Positions 40,075 through 49,872 of a stretch of DNA of 64,000 bases are shown one piece after another. Every line of letters begins with the position of its first letter. The first letter of the stretch is position 1. The DNA is from a virus (Duplodnaviria; Caudoviricetes). A program made the position numbers and the translations under genes. Location of the stretch: positions 918 through 64,917 of IMG/VR virus record IMGVR_UViG_3300036802_000027; one strand, 5' to 3'. Below the pieces are notes generated by a model, which was given only the letters and a program-made list of their open reading frames with translations, did not search any database and was not told the DNA's origin.

Positions 40075-40107
40075 CTATACATCGCTCCCTATTCGTTTAA
40101 TTTGCGT

Positions 40108-40329
40108 TTAATTAACGTATCGTTCCCGATCAATAACTCCGCTTGCGTCGTACACTCGTTCCTCTGCGTATCTCGTTGCACAGTCACGTTCGAATCCGTT
40201 ATGCACAAATCCGCCTGCGTCGTCAATCCGTTTAACTTCGTCACCTGCGTATATTTCTCCGCCGCAACTCTCGCACTCTGCGACGCATATCGGATCAACC
40301 GGCAATTTAAATCGGTCTAGTCCGCCCAT
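40108..40329 (-). CDS. small zinc-finger protein
   Basis: CESC...HNGFERDC. Confidence 0.6.
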   Translation of the reverse strand: MGGLDRFKLPVDPICVAECESCGGEIYAGDEVKRIDDAGGFVHNGFERDCATRYAEERVYDASGVIDRERYVN

Positions 40330-40757
40330 TACGCCACTTCCGTCGTATATAGTGCTCTATTCAACGCAATAGATAACTCGACCCAACGCTCAGATGCGCG
40401 TTCTTCTGACGCCCAATACTCGGAGAGTAATCGGTTTTCGAACATATAAACGCGTGGTATCTCACCCTCCGCTGCCCATACGCCAACGAAGTAATCAGCG
40501 TCGGATAAATCGTAGTTTGTTCCGTTACCTTTCTTCGCGTAGACAACGAGGTCGCCGCCACGGTCTGTACGCTGGCGAATCGTCTTAACTTGAATCTTCG
40601 CGTGATTACCGGTCATCGGATCGGTTGCGAGAATATCGTATGCTTCCGCCGTGCGGCTTTCGTGGATGCGCCAACCGTTCGCGAGCAACGCAACTTGTGC
40701 GATCAACTCCGAATAGGCGCCTGTAATTTCAGAAACGTGTGCCGTAAGAATCACCAC
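40329..40757 (-). CDS. PD-(D/E)XK endonuclease
   Basis: 'YDILA...KIQVKT' motif. Confidence 0.75.
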   Translation of the reverse strand: MVILTAHVSEITGAYSELIAQVALLANGWRIHESRTAEAYDILATDPMTGNHAKIQVKTIRQRTDRGGDLVVYAKKGNGTNYDLSDADYFVGVWAAEGEIPRVYMFENRLLSEYWASEERASERWVELSIALNRALYTTEVA

Positions 40758-40799
40758 CCCTTTTTCGTAATTTTATCCGTGGAGACGAAACCGCCGCTA

Positions 40800-41603
40800 T
40801 TAAAACGGCAGGTCTGCGTCTGTGATTGTGAATGGCGCGTCATCAACGGGGACAGCTTCGTCTGCAGGTGGCGGAGTTGCTGCGCTCGATCCGATGGATA
40901 AGCCAAGACGTCCAATATCAAAGCCTGCGATAACGAGATTCTTCGTTTGTTCCTCCTCATCCGCCTCAAACAAGAACCCTTCGAAGTTTTCGAAATCAAA
41001 CGGCGTTTCTCCAGTCTTAGCGAAATTCTTGCGTTCAGCTTCCGTCAGGTCTTCGTCCATATCGAGAATCGGAGATAGCGTAACGACCGTATCCGTAGAT
41101 TTACCTGACTTCGTTAGTTCAAACGCGAGTTTTTCAAGCTTCTTCTCGTATTTCGTAATCGTTGCGAAAACTCCCGCAGCTTGTTTCGGAGTTAAATCCA
41201 CAAATCCGTCTTCGCCAGTTTCGATATTTCCAAATCCTACAAGGTAACGCGGCTTTCCTTTTAATAGGTAAGCTTCGTTGCGGATCTTCTCCGCTTTGGC
41301 TTCGTCGCCAGCGTCTTTTGCGACTTTAGCGTCAGCGTACAACGAGTCTGCAGCGCGATCCCATACGGATGGATTCGCCGTAACGTACCCTTTCGCATTT
41401 CTTTCAGTAGATTGACTCGGTACAAACGTATTCACCTTTCCGTATACTCCGTAAGCGTAATACTCCGCGCTGTCGTCCTTCGACTTGATACGGATCTTAA
41501 TCGTCGTACCACTTGGAAACGCCACGTGTGCGCTCACCTTCGTATCTTTTTCCGCCTGTGCTGATTCGACTGCTGCTGCTCCGCGCTTTGTGAAAACTGA
41601 CAT
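40800..41603 (-). CDS. single-stranded DNA binding protein (T4 gp32-like architecture)
   Basis: acidic C-terminal tail ending 'DADLPF'; replication module; ATG 41603 after GAGGAG. Confidence 0.7.
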   Translation of the reverse strand: MSVFTKRGAAAVESAQAEKDTKVSAHVAFPSGTTIKIRIKSKDDSAEYYAYGVYGKVNTFVPSQSTERNAKGYVTANPSVWDRAADSLYADAKVAKDAGDEAKAEKIRNEAYLLKGKPRYLVGFGNIETGEDGFVDLTPKQAAGVFATITKYEKKLEKLAFELTKSGKSTDTVVTLSPILDMDEDLTEAERKNFAKTGETPFDFENFEGFLFEADEEEQTKNLVIAGFDIGRLGLSIGSSAATPPPADEAVPVDDAPFTITDADLPF

Positions 41604-41636
41604 CCGCAACACTCCTCGATTATATTTTCGGACAAC

Positions 41637-41760
41637 TCATACGTCCGTGACGCGGTAGTAACGGTGAGTCGGCGTATCTCACATCTGTGGTAACTACGCT
41701 AATGTCGTAGCCTGGCGGGAACCTTTCCGCCCTCGTTACTACCGCGTAACCGACGTATGA
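41637..41760 (-). ncRNA. candidate structured RNA (four-way junction) in SSB leader
   Basis: 9-bp plus 14-bp perfect closing stems enclosing three hairpins. Confidence 0.6.
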
Positions 41761-41777
41761 TATACGAAGGCTTTTCT

Positions 41778-42146
41778 CTATCCAATAACGTCCTCTGTAG
41801 TAATTGAAGTGTTAAGTCTTGTGCGTAACTCTTCGTATTTATTACCTGCCTTTTCGTAGGCGTCTCGTGTTTTATCAAAATTATTCAAGAACATATGATA
41901 AATTGGTTGGATTAAGGCAAACTCGCCCTTTAGTACGCGGCGTCGTTGAAGCACGGCTTGCAGTTTTTTAGCAAATTTATACCCGCGGACCACATCAAAT
42001 TTTGAGGATTCGATCTCGTGGTACACGACGGATAGCTCGCGGTCAATCTCGGATATCATCAGCCTTAATTGATCGTAAGAACGCGTTACTTCATTCTTAA
42101 GCGAAGTGACCTCGTTAAATATTGCAGTTGGCGCTTGGATACTCAT
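41778..42146 (-). CDS. conserved helical hypothetical protein
   Basis: 'KFDVVRGYKFAKKLQAVLQRRRVLKGE'; ATG 42146. Confidence 0.65.
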   Translation of the reverse strand: MSIQAPTAIFNEVTSLKNEVTRSYDQLRLMISEIDRELSVVYHEIESSKFDVVRGYKFAKKLQAVLQRRRVLKGEFALIQPIYHMFLNNFDKTRDAYEKAGNKYEELRTRLNTSITTEDVIG

Positions 42147-42346
42147 GCGATGCGCACCGCCTTTACTAGCGCATAGGAATCGCGATAAAAGTCTGCGGAA
42201 TCTTCGTATTCTCTGTGACATCCGTTGTAAGTTATGTCTATTTCGTTAACAAGCGTTGAATTCCGTTGTAATTTCGGAACCTTTGCGTTAGACTTGCGTA
42301 TAGTATCGTATGGCATCACGTAATAAACCCCCGTTAGTTAGAATGT

Positions 42347-42450
42347 TTGACAATGGAGAGGTCAGTGGCATATAATGTAAATGGTTAAGATTCCCTTACA
42401 TAAGTTACACCATTGGTATTATTTAGCGCCCTGCCTGAGCGCTAAATTTG
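42347..42450 (+). ncRNA. candidate counter-transcribed small RNA with promoter and terminator
   Basis: TTGACA-18-TATAAT (42347-42376), hairpin ATTTAGCGC/GCGCTAAAT (42421-42447), no ORF. Confidence 0.5.
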
Positions 42451-42485
42451 GTTGAAGTTTAAGAATAAGTGTTATAATGTTAGTG

Positions 42486-43103
42486 TTAGACTGCAATAAT
42501 ATCGCGGATGTCCCCGAAACGGTTAGCGTCGTATCGGCGACTCAAAGCAAGTAACTTTTGTTGTACAGTTGTGGGATGGATTCCAACCTTATCCGCAATT
42601 GATTTTTTAGTAGCGTCGCTCGGCGCATTGAGGTAGGCATTGATGATTGACGTCATCTTTGCATCGGTCTTGACGGACCACTTAAGGTATCCGATCAGTT
42701 GACGCTGGTCGGATTCTTTATTACTAAAGTAATCATCTTCTAAATTGTAATCACTCTGTACTACTTTCGGAGTTGACGCTCCGTAGTCGTCCCAGGTAAT
42801 CATGGCATCTAACGAGCTTAAGCGTGTTCGTTCTCGTTGTTTCTTTCGGAAGAAGTCTATTCGAGCATTATTTAAGCTGCGTTGAAAGAATTTTCCAAAT
42901 TCAACCTCTTTATCTAGTACTCGACTCAGCGTATCATCGAATATTATCAACGCGTCTGAGGTATCTCCTAGTCGTGAAGAGATTACTAATTTTCGGTTAA
43001 TCTCTCTTATATCAGACAGCTCACCATATAGGATATGAAAAGCATCATTTGTCTTATTAGTCCTGTATATGTTTGCTAGTTTATTCAGTTTTTCTAAGTT
43101 CAT
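42486..43103 (-). CDS. ECF/sigma-70-like transcription factor
   Basis: region-2-like 'SLNNARIDFFRKKQR' and C-terminal HTH 'KKSIADKVGIHPTTVQQKL'. Confidence 0.7.
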   Translation of the reverse strand: MNLEKLNKLANIYRTNKTNDAFHILYGELSDIREINRKLVISSRLGDTSDALIIFDDTLSRVLDKEVEFGKFFQRSLNNARIDFFRKKQRERTRLSSLDAMITWDDYGASTPKVVQSDYNLEDDYFSNKESDQRQLIGYLKWSVKTDAKMTSIINAYLNAPSDATKKSIADKVGIHPTTVQQKLLALSRRYDANRFGDIRDIIAV

Positions 43104-43130
43104 CTAACGTCCTCCTTGTCCTCTTTTCGC

Positions 43131-43169
43131 TTTACACAGTATTAACGATGCCCAAACTTCATTATCGCG
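43131..43169 (-). promoter_or_regulatory. class A phage promoter-like motif upstream of sigma-like gene
   Basis: CGCGAT-N16-CGTTAATACTGTGTAA. Confidence 0.6.
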
Positions 43170-43220
43170 TTTTTTCTAAAATATATTTTAAAACTTCATA
43201 CATAGAGGAGTTCACCACCG

Positions 43221-43436
43221 ATGCGCGTTTCCGTCGGTCGGTGCTTAATTCCGAACCTACTCGCATCGCGCGGCTGGACACAGCGGCAGCTCGCAGAACA
43301 CTCCGGTATAGATGAGCGCGTCATATCGTTTTACTCAACTGGTCGACGCAAGAAGATGTCGTTACTTATCGCAGTTGCGTTATCTGACGCGTTAGGCGTT
43401 AGTCCTCGTGACTTGTACGAGTGGGATTTGGACTAA
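43221..43436 (+). CDS. XRE/Cro-C1 HTH regulator
   Basis: 'WTQRQLAEHSGIDERVISFY...LSDALGVSPRDLY'; divergent from sigma-like gene. Confidence 0.85.
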   Translation: MRVSVGRCLIPNLLASRGWTQRQLAEHSGIDERVISFYSTGRRKKMSLLIAVALSDALGVSPRDLYEWDLD

Positions 43437-43514
43437 GCGCTCGGCCGGTCGGAAATTCTACGGATTGTAAGAACCAGTTGGGCATATTTACCGCTGTTCG
43501 CTCATTGTATACCG

Positions 43515-44522
43515 TTACATAAAGCTTACACAACCTATATTAATCGCTATATTTCGACAATTAGTGCTATCTGCATATGCGCTACGTATGTCTTCATATC
43601 CACCTGTACCGCTATGCCACTCGTTCACATCCTTAAACAACGGAGGAACGTTCGCCGTCCGTAAATCGATCTTACGACATAATTCGTCAATTACGATTTC
43701 TTCCCATCTGGCACCCGCCGAATCATTGTCACGAAATAGTGTCAGCTCCTCAATTGGCGACCGTAATATCAAATCTCGCTTAGCTGAATTGAACGCGGTC
43801 CCTCCGGTAGCAATCGCAGGTATTCCAGCAGACATTAATGTCATCGCGTCTATCTCCGCCTCTACGATTGCCACACGCGCTATCCTTCGTTGATAGACTA
43901 CGTTAATCCCGTATATCATTTCGCGGATCGGACGCGCACCCTTTTTGTACCAAAACGCCTTGGAATCAGTCCTGCGGTACTTAACGTTACCAAGCGTCCC
44001 GTCCGGATTAAACCACGGAATTGTTACTGCGCGGTGCTGGCGGTCGTACCCTACGCCCATTAATCGCTGTATGACTTCACTAATTCCGCGCCCTCCGAGA
44101 TACGGCGATCGGAATTTATACCCGGCGAGTATGGCGCTATTTATCGAGGTCACACGCGGCTTGTCCGCTTTTAGTAACTGCGGAATCTTAAGCGTGAACT
44201 CGGCACTCTCCTCGCCAACGTCATTACTGTATACTTGCGCCAGGTAATCGCATGTCTCGTCATATGTCTCATCGCGTAGAAACGATAGTAGTCTAACGAA
44301 GCCGCCACGCTGATACTCCGGATCATCTGCGCCACTATCGCCCCAACATCCGTAAGCTTCGTTGTCTACGTCTAGAATGACGTAGAATGCCGGATTGCGG
44401 TCGTAATAAAACGGCGAGGATGCGATTAACCTTGTATCGGACCACGTCGCGTTAACCCACGGGAAGTCTTCAAGTTCGGCGCGGACATCGATATCTAGCG
44501 GTTCCCCGCGTACTTTAATCAT
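43515..44522 (-). CDS. DNA primase (Toprim)
   Basis: 'IVEAEIDAMTL', 'FRDNDSAG' Toprim motifs. Confidence 0.88.
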   Translation of the reverse strand: MIKVRGEPLDIDVRAELEDFPWVNATWSDTRLIASSPFYYDRNPAFYVILDVDNEAYGCWGDSGADDPEYQRGGFVRLLSFLRDETYDETCDYLAQVYSNDVGEESAEFTLKIPQLLKADKPRVTSINSAILAGYKFRSPYLGGRGISEVIQRLMGVGYDRQHRAVTIPWFNPDGTLGNVKYRRTDSKAFWYKKGARPIREMIYGINVVYQRRIARVAIVEAEIDAMTLMSAGIPAIATGGTAFNSAKRDLILRSPIEELTLFRDNDSAGARWEEIVIDELCRKIDLRTANVPPLFKDVNEWHSGTGGYEDIRSAYADSTNCRNIAINIGCVSFM

Positions 44523-44537
44523 AAGCGCCCACCTCTG

Positions 44538-45905
44538 TTAGAATACTCCGACGAACTGGTCTGCGATGGTTACTACGTCCGGCTCGCGTACGATTCCGTA
44601 GTTCGGTAGGTATACGATTTCGATCCGCGTATCTTCACCACCTCCTCGTCCTTTGGAAATTCCGAGGCAACCACGGCCTTCACTCGCCAATGTATCTACC
44701 CCGATAAGCCCTGCGCAATCCTCTAGTAATGCACTAGTCTTCTTTACCTTCGAACGCTCCGGTAGTCTTATTTCGCGGACACCTGCGTCATCTACTGTAG
44801 GCGTCTCTACATCTGCCTGTGTAATCGCGATTGTCATTACGCCGAGACTACCAGTCATTAGTCGTAACTTCTTCGAGGTAGCTGCCGCGTCACCACCAGT
44901 GGTTTTCGAAGTATTCTTTTCGTAGTCAAGGTAGTAGAACGGGTCCACAATAACTACGTCGGCTTTCGTTGCTAGGATATCCGCTTTCAGTCCACTAAGA
45001 CTTCGGTCGGTGAACTCTTCGTCATCTGTCGCGCGTAAGATAATTCGTCCTGGTAGTGTATCGTTTAGCTCTGCGATGAACTTACGGAATGCTGTTTCAT
45101 ATTCATCCGACAACTTAGCAGACTGTAATGCGCGATTATCGAATCCTCCAGCGTAATCAATGCCATCTATCTTAACGTTTACAACGCCATTTCTTCCACT
45201 AATGGACGTAAAGATCCGCGCCATATACTCAAACCAACCCATCTCCAAACTCCACACAAGAACAGTTGCTCCTTGAGATGCGAACTCAATCGCCTCTTCT
45301 AGCGTGATTATTGATTTACCGCGTCCAGGCTCCGCAAATACTACATACATATTGGATGCGTAATATCCTCCTATTGCCGCGTTTACTGACGGGAACTTTG
45401 ATAACCAAATACGGTTAGATAAACCCTCTGCTCGCGACTCAAACTCTTTCAGGAACTTTTCACCACTCCCAGTGATGTCAATCCCTGTAGATGTGCGAAC
45501 TGATGTTCCCATTGTAATAGTTTCCAGTCGGTTTGTATATAGCGAAATCACGTCGTCGAGAGAGGTTCCTTTGCCAATATCGTTATACATAGACGTAACT
45601 TTACCGTCTCTGTCACTCAACAATTCGCCTAACATCCGCTTACCATATGTTTCCTTAAGGTTACGCGTCATGTACTCGTAACTATCGGAAATTTCCGGCA
45701 TATAAGTGAAATCTGGACAATTTGTGACCATAGTTACATAGCTCGGCGCATTACCTTTGTTCTCCTGCGCGTACCTCCGCAAGTAGTCGTAGAATCCGCG
45801 TTCCGAATCCGTCAAAAGGAGTTCACGCGTAACGCCGTGTATGTCGAGCGCATCTACGTTGTTGTCATCGATCACCTTCGATAGTAACTGTTCAACTACG
45901 GACAT
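44538..45905 (-). CDS. dnaB: DnaB-like replicative helicase
   Basis: 'AEPGRGKS' Walker A, 'WSLEM', 'VIVDPFY'; ATG 45905. Confidence 0.9.
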   Translation of the reverse strand: MSVVEQLLSKVIDDNNVDALDIHGVTRELLLTDSERGFYDYLRRYAQENKGNAPSYVTMVTNCPDFTYMPEISDSYEYMTRNLKETYGKRMLGELLSDRDGKVTSMYNDIGKGTSLDDVISLYTNRLETITMGTSVRTSTGIDITGSGEKFLKEFESRAEGLSNRIWLSKFPSVNAAIGGYYASNMYVVFAEPGRGKSIITLEEAIEFASQGATVLVWSLEMGWFEYMARIFTSISGRNGVVNVKIDGIDYAGGFDNRALQSAKLSDEYETAFRKFIAELNDTLPGRIILRATDDEEFTDRSLSGLKADILATKADVVIVDPFYYLDYEKNTSKTTGGDAAATSKKLRLMTGSLGVMTIAITQADVETPTVDDAGVREIRLPERSKVKKTSALLEDCAGLIGVDTLASEGRGCLGISKGRGGGEDTRIEIVYLPNYGIVREPDVVTIADQFVGVF

Positions 45906-46659
45906 TACGTTTCCCCCTTTTTGATTCCCCACGGAACTCCAACAACGCGCATTGATCGCGTACCCTATCCGCCAACCTACGGTCAAATAACTTATCTAAC
46001 GCGGCCATCTCGATATTAGACGTGTACACCGTCGGCAACTCTGCACTCACCCGCGTATTGATAATCGTATGCAGATCATCCCGGAATGGTTGCGTAGCGT
46101 CACGCGTACCAATGTCGTCCATTACGAGAAACGGCGCTCGTATCGCCGCGTGTTGTGCGTTGTAATACCGTACTGACGCAGGGCCTGCGATTTCCTCCGG
46201 TACTCTCGACCGGTTAAACGCGTTGTATTCGCCTTGCCACGCGTTAATATCAAGAAAATACGCTGGCCGTTCCTGCGGCTGTATTCCGCGCTTAACCGAC
46301 CCAATATAATGCGCAGTTATCCACTCTGCGACTAATGCGGCAGCCGTCGTAGTCTTACCGGTTCCTGGTTCCGCGGAGTAAAGATACAGCGATTTAATCC
46401 GCGTATCTCCGTCAAACTGATGCGTAAACGTCTTAACGTAGTGTTCAAGTAAATCGTATATATCCGCTTGTCCTTCGCGTGCTGGCGACGTTGCGAGCGT
46501 TAGCAACCTATAAGCGTCTGGCACGTTAGCCGCCGTGACTCTTCCGCCATTGCCAGCCATTCCGTGAAGGGCGATATAGGATGCGCAGAGCTTCGTACAC
46601 GACGCGCCGTCAGCGAGGTTACACGGTTCGCGGAGTATACACTTGTTAGCGTGAGACAT
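45892..46659 (-). CDS. DnaC/IstB-like helicase loader ATPase
   Basis: 'PGTGKTT', 'LVMDDIG', 'TVYTSN'. Confidence 0.88.
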   Translation of the reverse strand: MSHANKCILREPCNLADGASCTKLCASYIALHGMAGNGGRVTAANVPDAYRLLTLATSPAREGQADIYDLLEHYVKTFTHQFDGDTRIKSLYLYSAEPGTGKTTTAAALVAEWITAHYIGSVKRGIQPQERPAYFLDINAWQGEYNAFNRSRVPEEIAGPASVRYYNAQHAAIRAPFLVMDDIGTRDATQPFRDDLHTIINTRVSAELPTVYTSNIEMAALDKLFDRRLADRVRDQCALLEFRGESKRGKRNVRS

Positions 46660-46740
46660 GCGCGTTACCTCCTTTCTTGATATATCCTTCGGTCTATTGT
46701 GTCATATCTTCGAACTGTGCAAAAAGGCATTGAAGATTTA

Positions 46741-47058
46741 CTACCAACTTCCAAGTCTGACGGTAAATACATATTGAGTCCCTCTATCCCATTCTTCGCT
46801 GTCTCGAACTCGTTTGAACTCACGTAGTGAATCTAACGCCTTATTTAAGTTTTCCCTGTAGTCTTCTTTTTCCCAATCTTCTTTCGCTATGGATAGTTGG
46901 AATAAACAGAATAATGCGGAATGTGTTAGGTGAGTTTGTTCCATAAGATCATATCGCTGACTCGAAGCAGCCCCTGCATCCATTTGATTCTTTATTCCCG
47001 GCACAATGTTAGAGTGCTGCTGTATTTCCCAGAGTATCTCTCGTTCAGCCTTATTGAT
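46741..47058 (-). CDS. hypothetical protein (probable ATC start)
   Basis: GGGGAG 6 nt before in-frame ATC 47058. Confidence 0.55.
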   Translation of the reverse strand: MNKAEREILWEIQQHSNIVPGIKNQMDAGAASSQRYDLMEQTHLTHSALFCLFQLSIAKEDWEKEDYRENLNKALDSLREFKRVRDSEEWDRGTQYVFTVRLGSW

Positions 47059-47339
47059 AAGAATCTCCCCTTCCCTATTTTCAAATTACGTGCCTACTGC
47101 AATTTTAGAGTTTAAACCATCTTCTGACCACTTCTGTACCTCTTCGGCGATGCTCCTTAAGATTACCTCCGTTCGTTAGCGTAGATTGTGCGTTCATAGT
47201 TCCGTAGCCAGATACGTTCAAGCGTCGGATTGCCCACAGATAGCTCTCGTAATTGAAGAAACATGCGCGGCTTATCATTAGCGTAGTCTTTTACATGTAA
47301 TTGCGTTGACATTTCGTCACTCCTTCATTAATATTTGTA

Positions 47340-47927
47340 CTAGACTGCACGTATACTTAACTGACGTAGTTTACGGTTAACGCACGTAACAAGTAAATGC
47401 CCTTTATTGTCTGTAATTAACGTATTCAACAGAGACGGTTGATAAATACCAAGTGCACGAAGAGTAGTTCTCGCTGAAGGTGCATACCCTGACTCTTTAA
47501 ATATCTCACTATAAAAGTCGGTATAACTACTGCTATATAGCTTTTTATCTCTCCTTCCAGATATTTGAAATACGTACTCCATTACTAGCTCCCTTATCTG
47601 TAGAAGTTCGTCGTACCATTTTCTTTCCATCGCAGACATTCTATTATACTTTTTTTCTTCTGCCTTCTTCTTAGCCTTTAGTACGTCTACTTCCTCTTCC
47701 TTACGTGGACGTCCTCTTTTCTTTGTACGTGCTTCTGTCGTTTCACTACGTTGATTCGATGGTTCTAGTAGTACAGGCTTGAATAGTCCATTTGGTAGCT
47801 CCGCACCCACAGATAGCGAGAAAAGGTATTCCATTACAGGCCGCGTTATGTCCATCGCTTCTGGTGTTTTTGAGAAAGTTACCTGCATACGCCCGTCTGT
47901 CGTCTTTCCAATAGTGAATAAGTTCAT
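47340..47927 (-). CDS. hypothetical DNA-binding protein (AT-hook-like KKRGRPRK)
   Basis: ATG 47927 after AAGGGG; ORF6C-like C-terminus. Confidence 0.6.
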   Translation of the reverse strand: MNLFTIGKTTDGRMQVTFSKTPEAMDITRPVMEYLFSLSVGAELPNGLFKPVLLEPSNQRSETTEARTKKRGRPRKEEEVDVLKAKKKAEEKKYNRMSAMERKWYDELLQIRELVMEYVFQISGRRDKKLYSSSYTDFYSEIFKESGYAPSARTTLRALGIYQPSLLNTLITDNKGHLLVTCVNRKLRQLSIRAV

Positions 47928-47946
47928 TATCTCCATCCCCTTTAGT

Positions 47947-48807
47947 TTAGTTTGCGCGATACTCCGTAATATCGATAACTTCTGCTTTCCCTTTAGGAGT
48001 TCCGTCCATGACTCGTTGCATTCCGTTAACAAACTCTTTTAGCGCGTCTAGGCTAGTTTTATATTCGTCATAAGCCCCGTCTGACACTCCCATAAATGAC
48101 GATTTAAACGTCGTGAGGTGCGCGTAATCCATGAGTAACGTTTGTATATCATCCGCAAACTGTGCCGCGGCCCCGTCGACTTCCGTATGATTCGAGATGC
48201 GTTCCGTTACTACCCCGTCGATATCGCCAAACTGCGACTCGTAACGCTTAAGCCTAGCACTCATCATCGGATCGGGGGCATATTCCGTCTGTATTTCGAC
48301 TTTTGGTGGAGTAGACGCAAGTGCTTCGACTGTACCGCGTAACACCTCATTCTCGCCCGTCACTTGGTCCGCTAACTTCTCCGCGGCTTCTAACTTGGCA
48401 ACAACTTCGCGGTACTCCTTTAGCGTCTTAACTTCTCCATCGAGTACGGCAGCTTTAGCTTGGCGTTTAGGTTCGGTGGATTCGGCGGATGGTGCCGCAA
48501 TTGCGTACGATAGAGATACGGGAAGGTCTTCGAGTAGCTCTCGTTCACCGAAATTTTCGGTAATCAATTTATGTCGGTGAATCAGCTTCTCCGCTTTATC
48601 CTCACTAAACCCCATTGACCTAACCCACTCTTGAAAGCATCCATAACCAGTTTTAGCAAGTTCGTCTTGCGCTTCTTTTAGTTCGCGCCCTAACTCCGTA
48701 TAAGCCTTTCCAACGATTTCCCGCATGTTACGCTCTTTCGTACGTAGAAATTCCGCTATTGGTGCGTCTATTTGTCCGTAATCAAACGTTGTAATTTCTG
48801 TTGTCAT
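47947..48807 (-). CDS. DUF3102-like phage protein
   Basis: 'GRELKEAQDELAKTGYGCFQEWV' motif. Confidence 0.7.
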   Translation of the reverse strand: MTTEITTFDYGQIDAPIAEFLRTKERNMREIVGKAYTELGRELKEAQDELAKTGYGCFQEWVRSMGFSEDKAEKLIHRHKLITENFGERELLEDLPVSLSYAIAAPSAESTEPKRQAKAAVLDGEVKTLKEYREVVAKLEAAEKLADQVTGENEVLRGTVEALASTPPKVEIQTEYAPDPMMSARLKRYESQFGDIDGVVTERISNHTEVDGAAAQFADDIQTLLMDYAHLTTFKSSFMGVSDGAYDEYKTSLDALKEFVNGMQRVMDGTPKGKAEVIDITEYRAN

Positions 48808-49194
48808 ACCACTTCCTCCTTATAGTTAACGTAATCTAACACAAGATAACCTTGCGCTGCTTGCCGAAGGGTTCGGCGTAGCTGTATTCGGATAGTCGCA
48901 TGAGGTACGACTGTATTCCGTAACATTTTAAGCGGAGGTTTTCTTGCGCGGTGCTTTGGACGTTGGTTTCGACGGGCACCTATACCAGTGTTCGCGGTAT
49001 GTATTACGAGGTGGGTCGAGTGTTTCGAGGTATATCGGGTGTTGCGTGTATGTGTTCGTTTAACCTTATGACCCTATATTATATCCATATGCTTACAATG
49101 TCAATCATTAGGTTCAAATATATAATCAATTAGTATACTTTATAGGTTAAAGTGATATAATATTTAGGCAGACATTAATGAAGGAAGTGATATT

Positions 49195-49407
49195 GTGCCA
49201 CTTAGACCAAGTTACAAACGCCTTAGACATATTTTAGTTGAGCGTGATATAAAGCCCGTTGACCTTCGTAGAGCAACTGATTTAGGGCGCAATACCATGA
49301 CTAGTATAAATGCGGACAGGTCTGTGTCCCTCGAAACGTTAGCCGTCATATGCGAGTTCTTAAACTGCCGCATCGAAGACGTAGTTGAATTTATCCCTGA
49401 AGACTAG
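49195..49407 (+). CDS. XRE/Cro-C1 HTH regulator
   Basis: 'SYKRLRHILVERDI...VSLETLAVICEFLNCRIEDVVEF'. Confidence 0.88.
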   Translation: MPLRPSYKRLRHILVERDIKPVDLRRATDLGRNTMTSINADRSVSLETLAVICEFLNCRIEDVVEFIPED

Positions 49408-49449
49408 CGCGCCATCAAACGGTTGCCTGTTCCGTTCGATCCGTTGCCA

Positions 49450-49872
49450 CTACAGCCACGCCTTCATTGCGTCGTAATCCGTACTCCCCATCTCCACACG
49501 CTCTTTCTCCGCCACCAACCGCTGCGCCTCCGCCTGTTCCGCCTCCGCCTGTTCCGCCTTAAGCTTTGGTATGATTCCGTTAACGCGGTAACTTAAGCAG
49601 AATCCCGCGGTCAGTATCGGATAATCACGCGTCGGCGTATATGTCCGGAAGCACTCGTCGAATGCTGCGTGGAGGATTTCCGCACCGTGGTCCGCTAATG
49701 CACGTTTAATGGCGCCTTGTTCGAACCCCCAGTTACGCATCGGAAAGTACTCTGCAGCTCCGAATAGGTCGTTATTAGTATCCGCAAAGTATGCGTGGGT
49801 TGTAGCAGTATTCCAATCATCATACGGGAGATTCCGCCAGTCCTTCCGTTGCGCTGCGGTTAGTTTAGCCAT
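49450..49872 (-). CDS. conserved phage protein (putative replication-initiation partner)
   Basis: GGAGG before ATG 49872; 'DWRNLPYDDWN' motif. Confidence 0.6.
   Translation of the reverse strand: MAKLTAAQRKDWRNLPYDDWNTATTHAYFADTNNDLFGAAEYFPMRNWGFEQGAIKRALADHGAEILHAAFDECFRTYTPTRDYPILTAGFCLSYRVNGIIPKLKAEQAEAEQAEAQRLVAEKERVEMGSTDYDAMKAWL

Noticed and set aside
41637-41760. tRNA gene (cloverleaf-like shape)
   Set aside because: No T-loop GTTC motif, wrong stem lengths, no CCA or discriminator; kept as unknown RNA.
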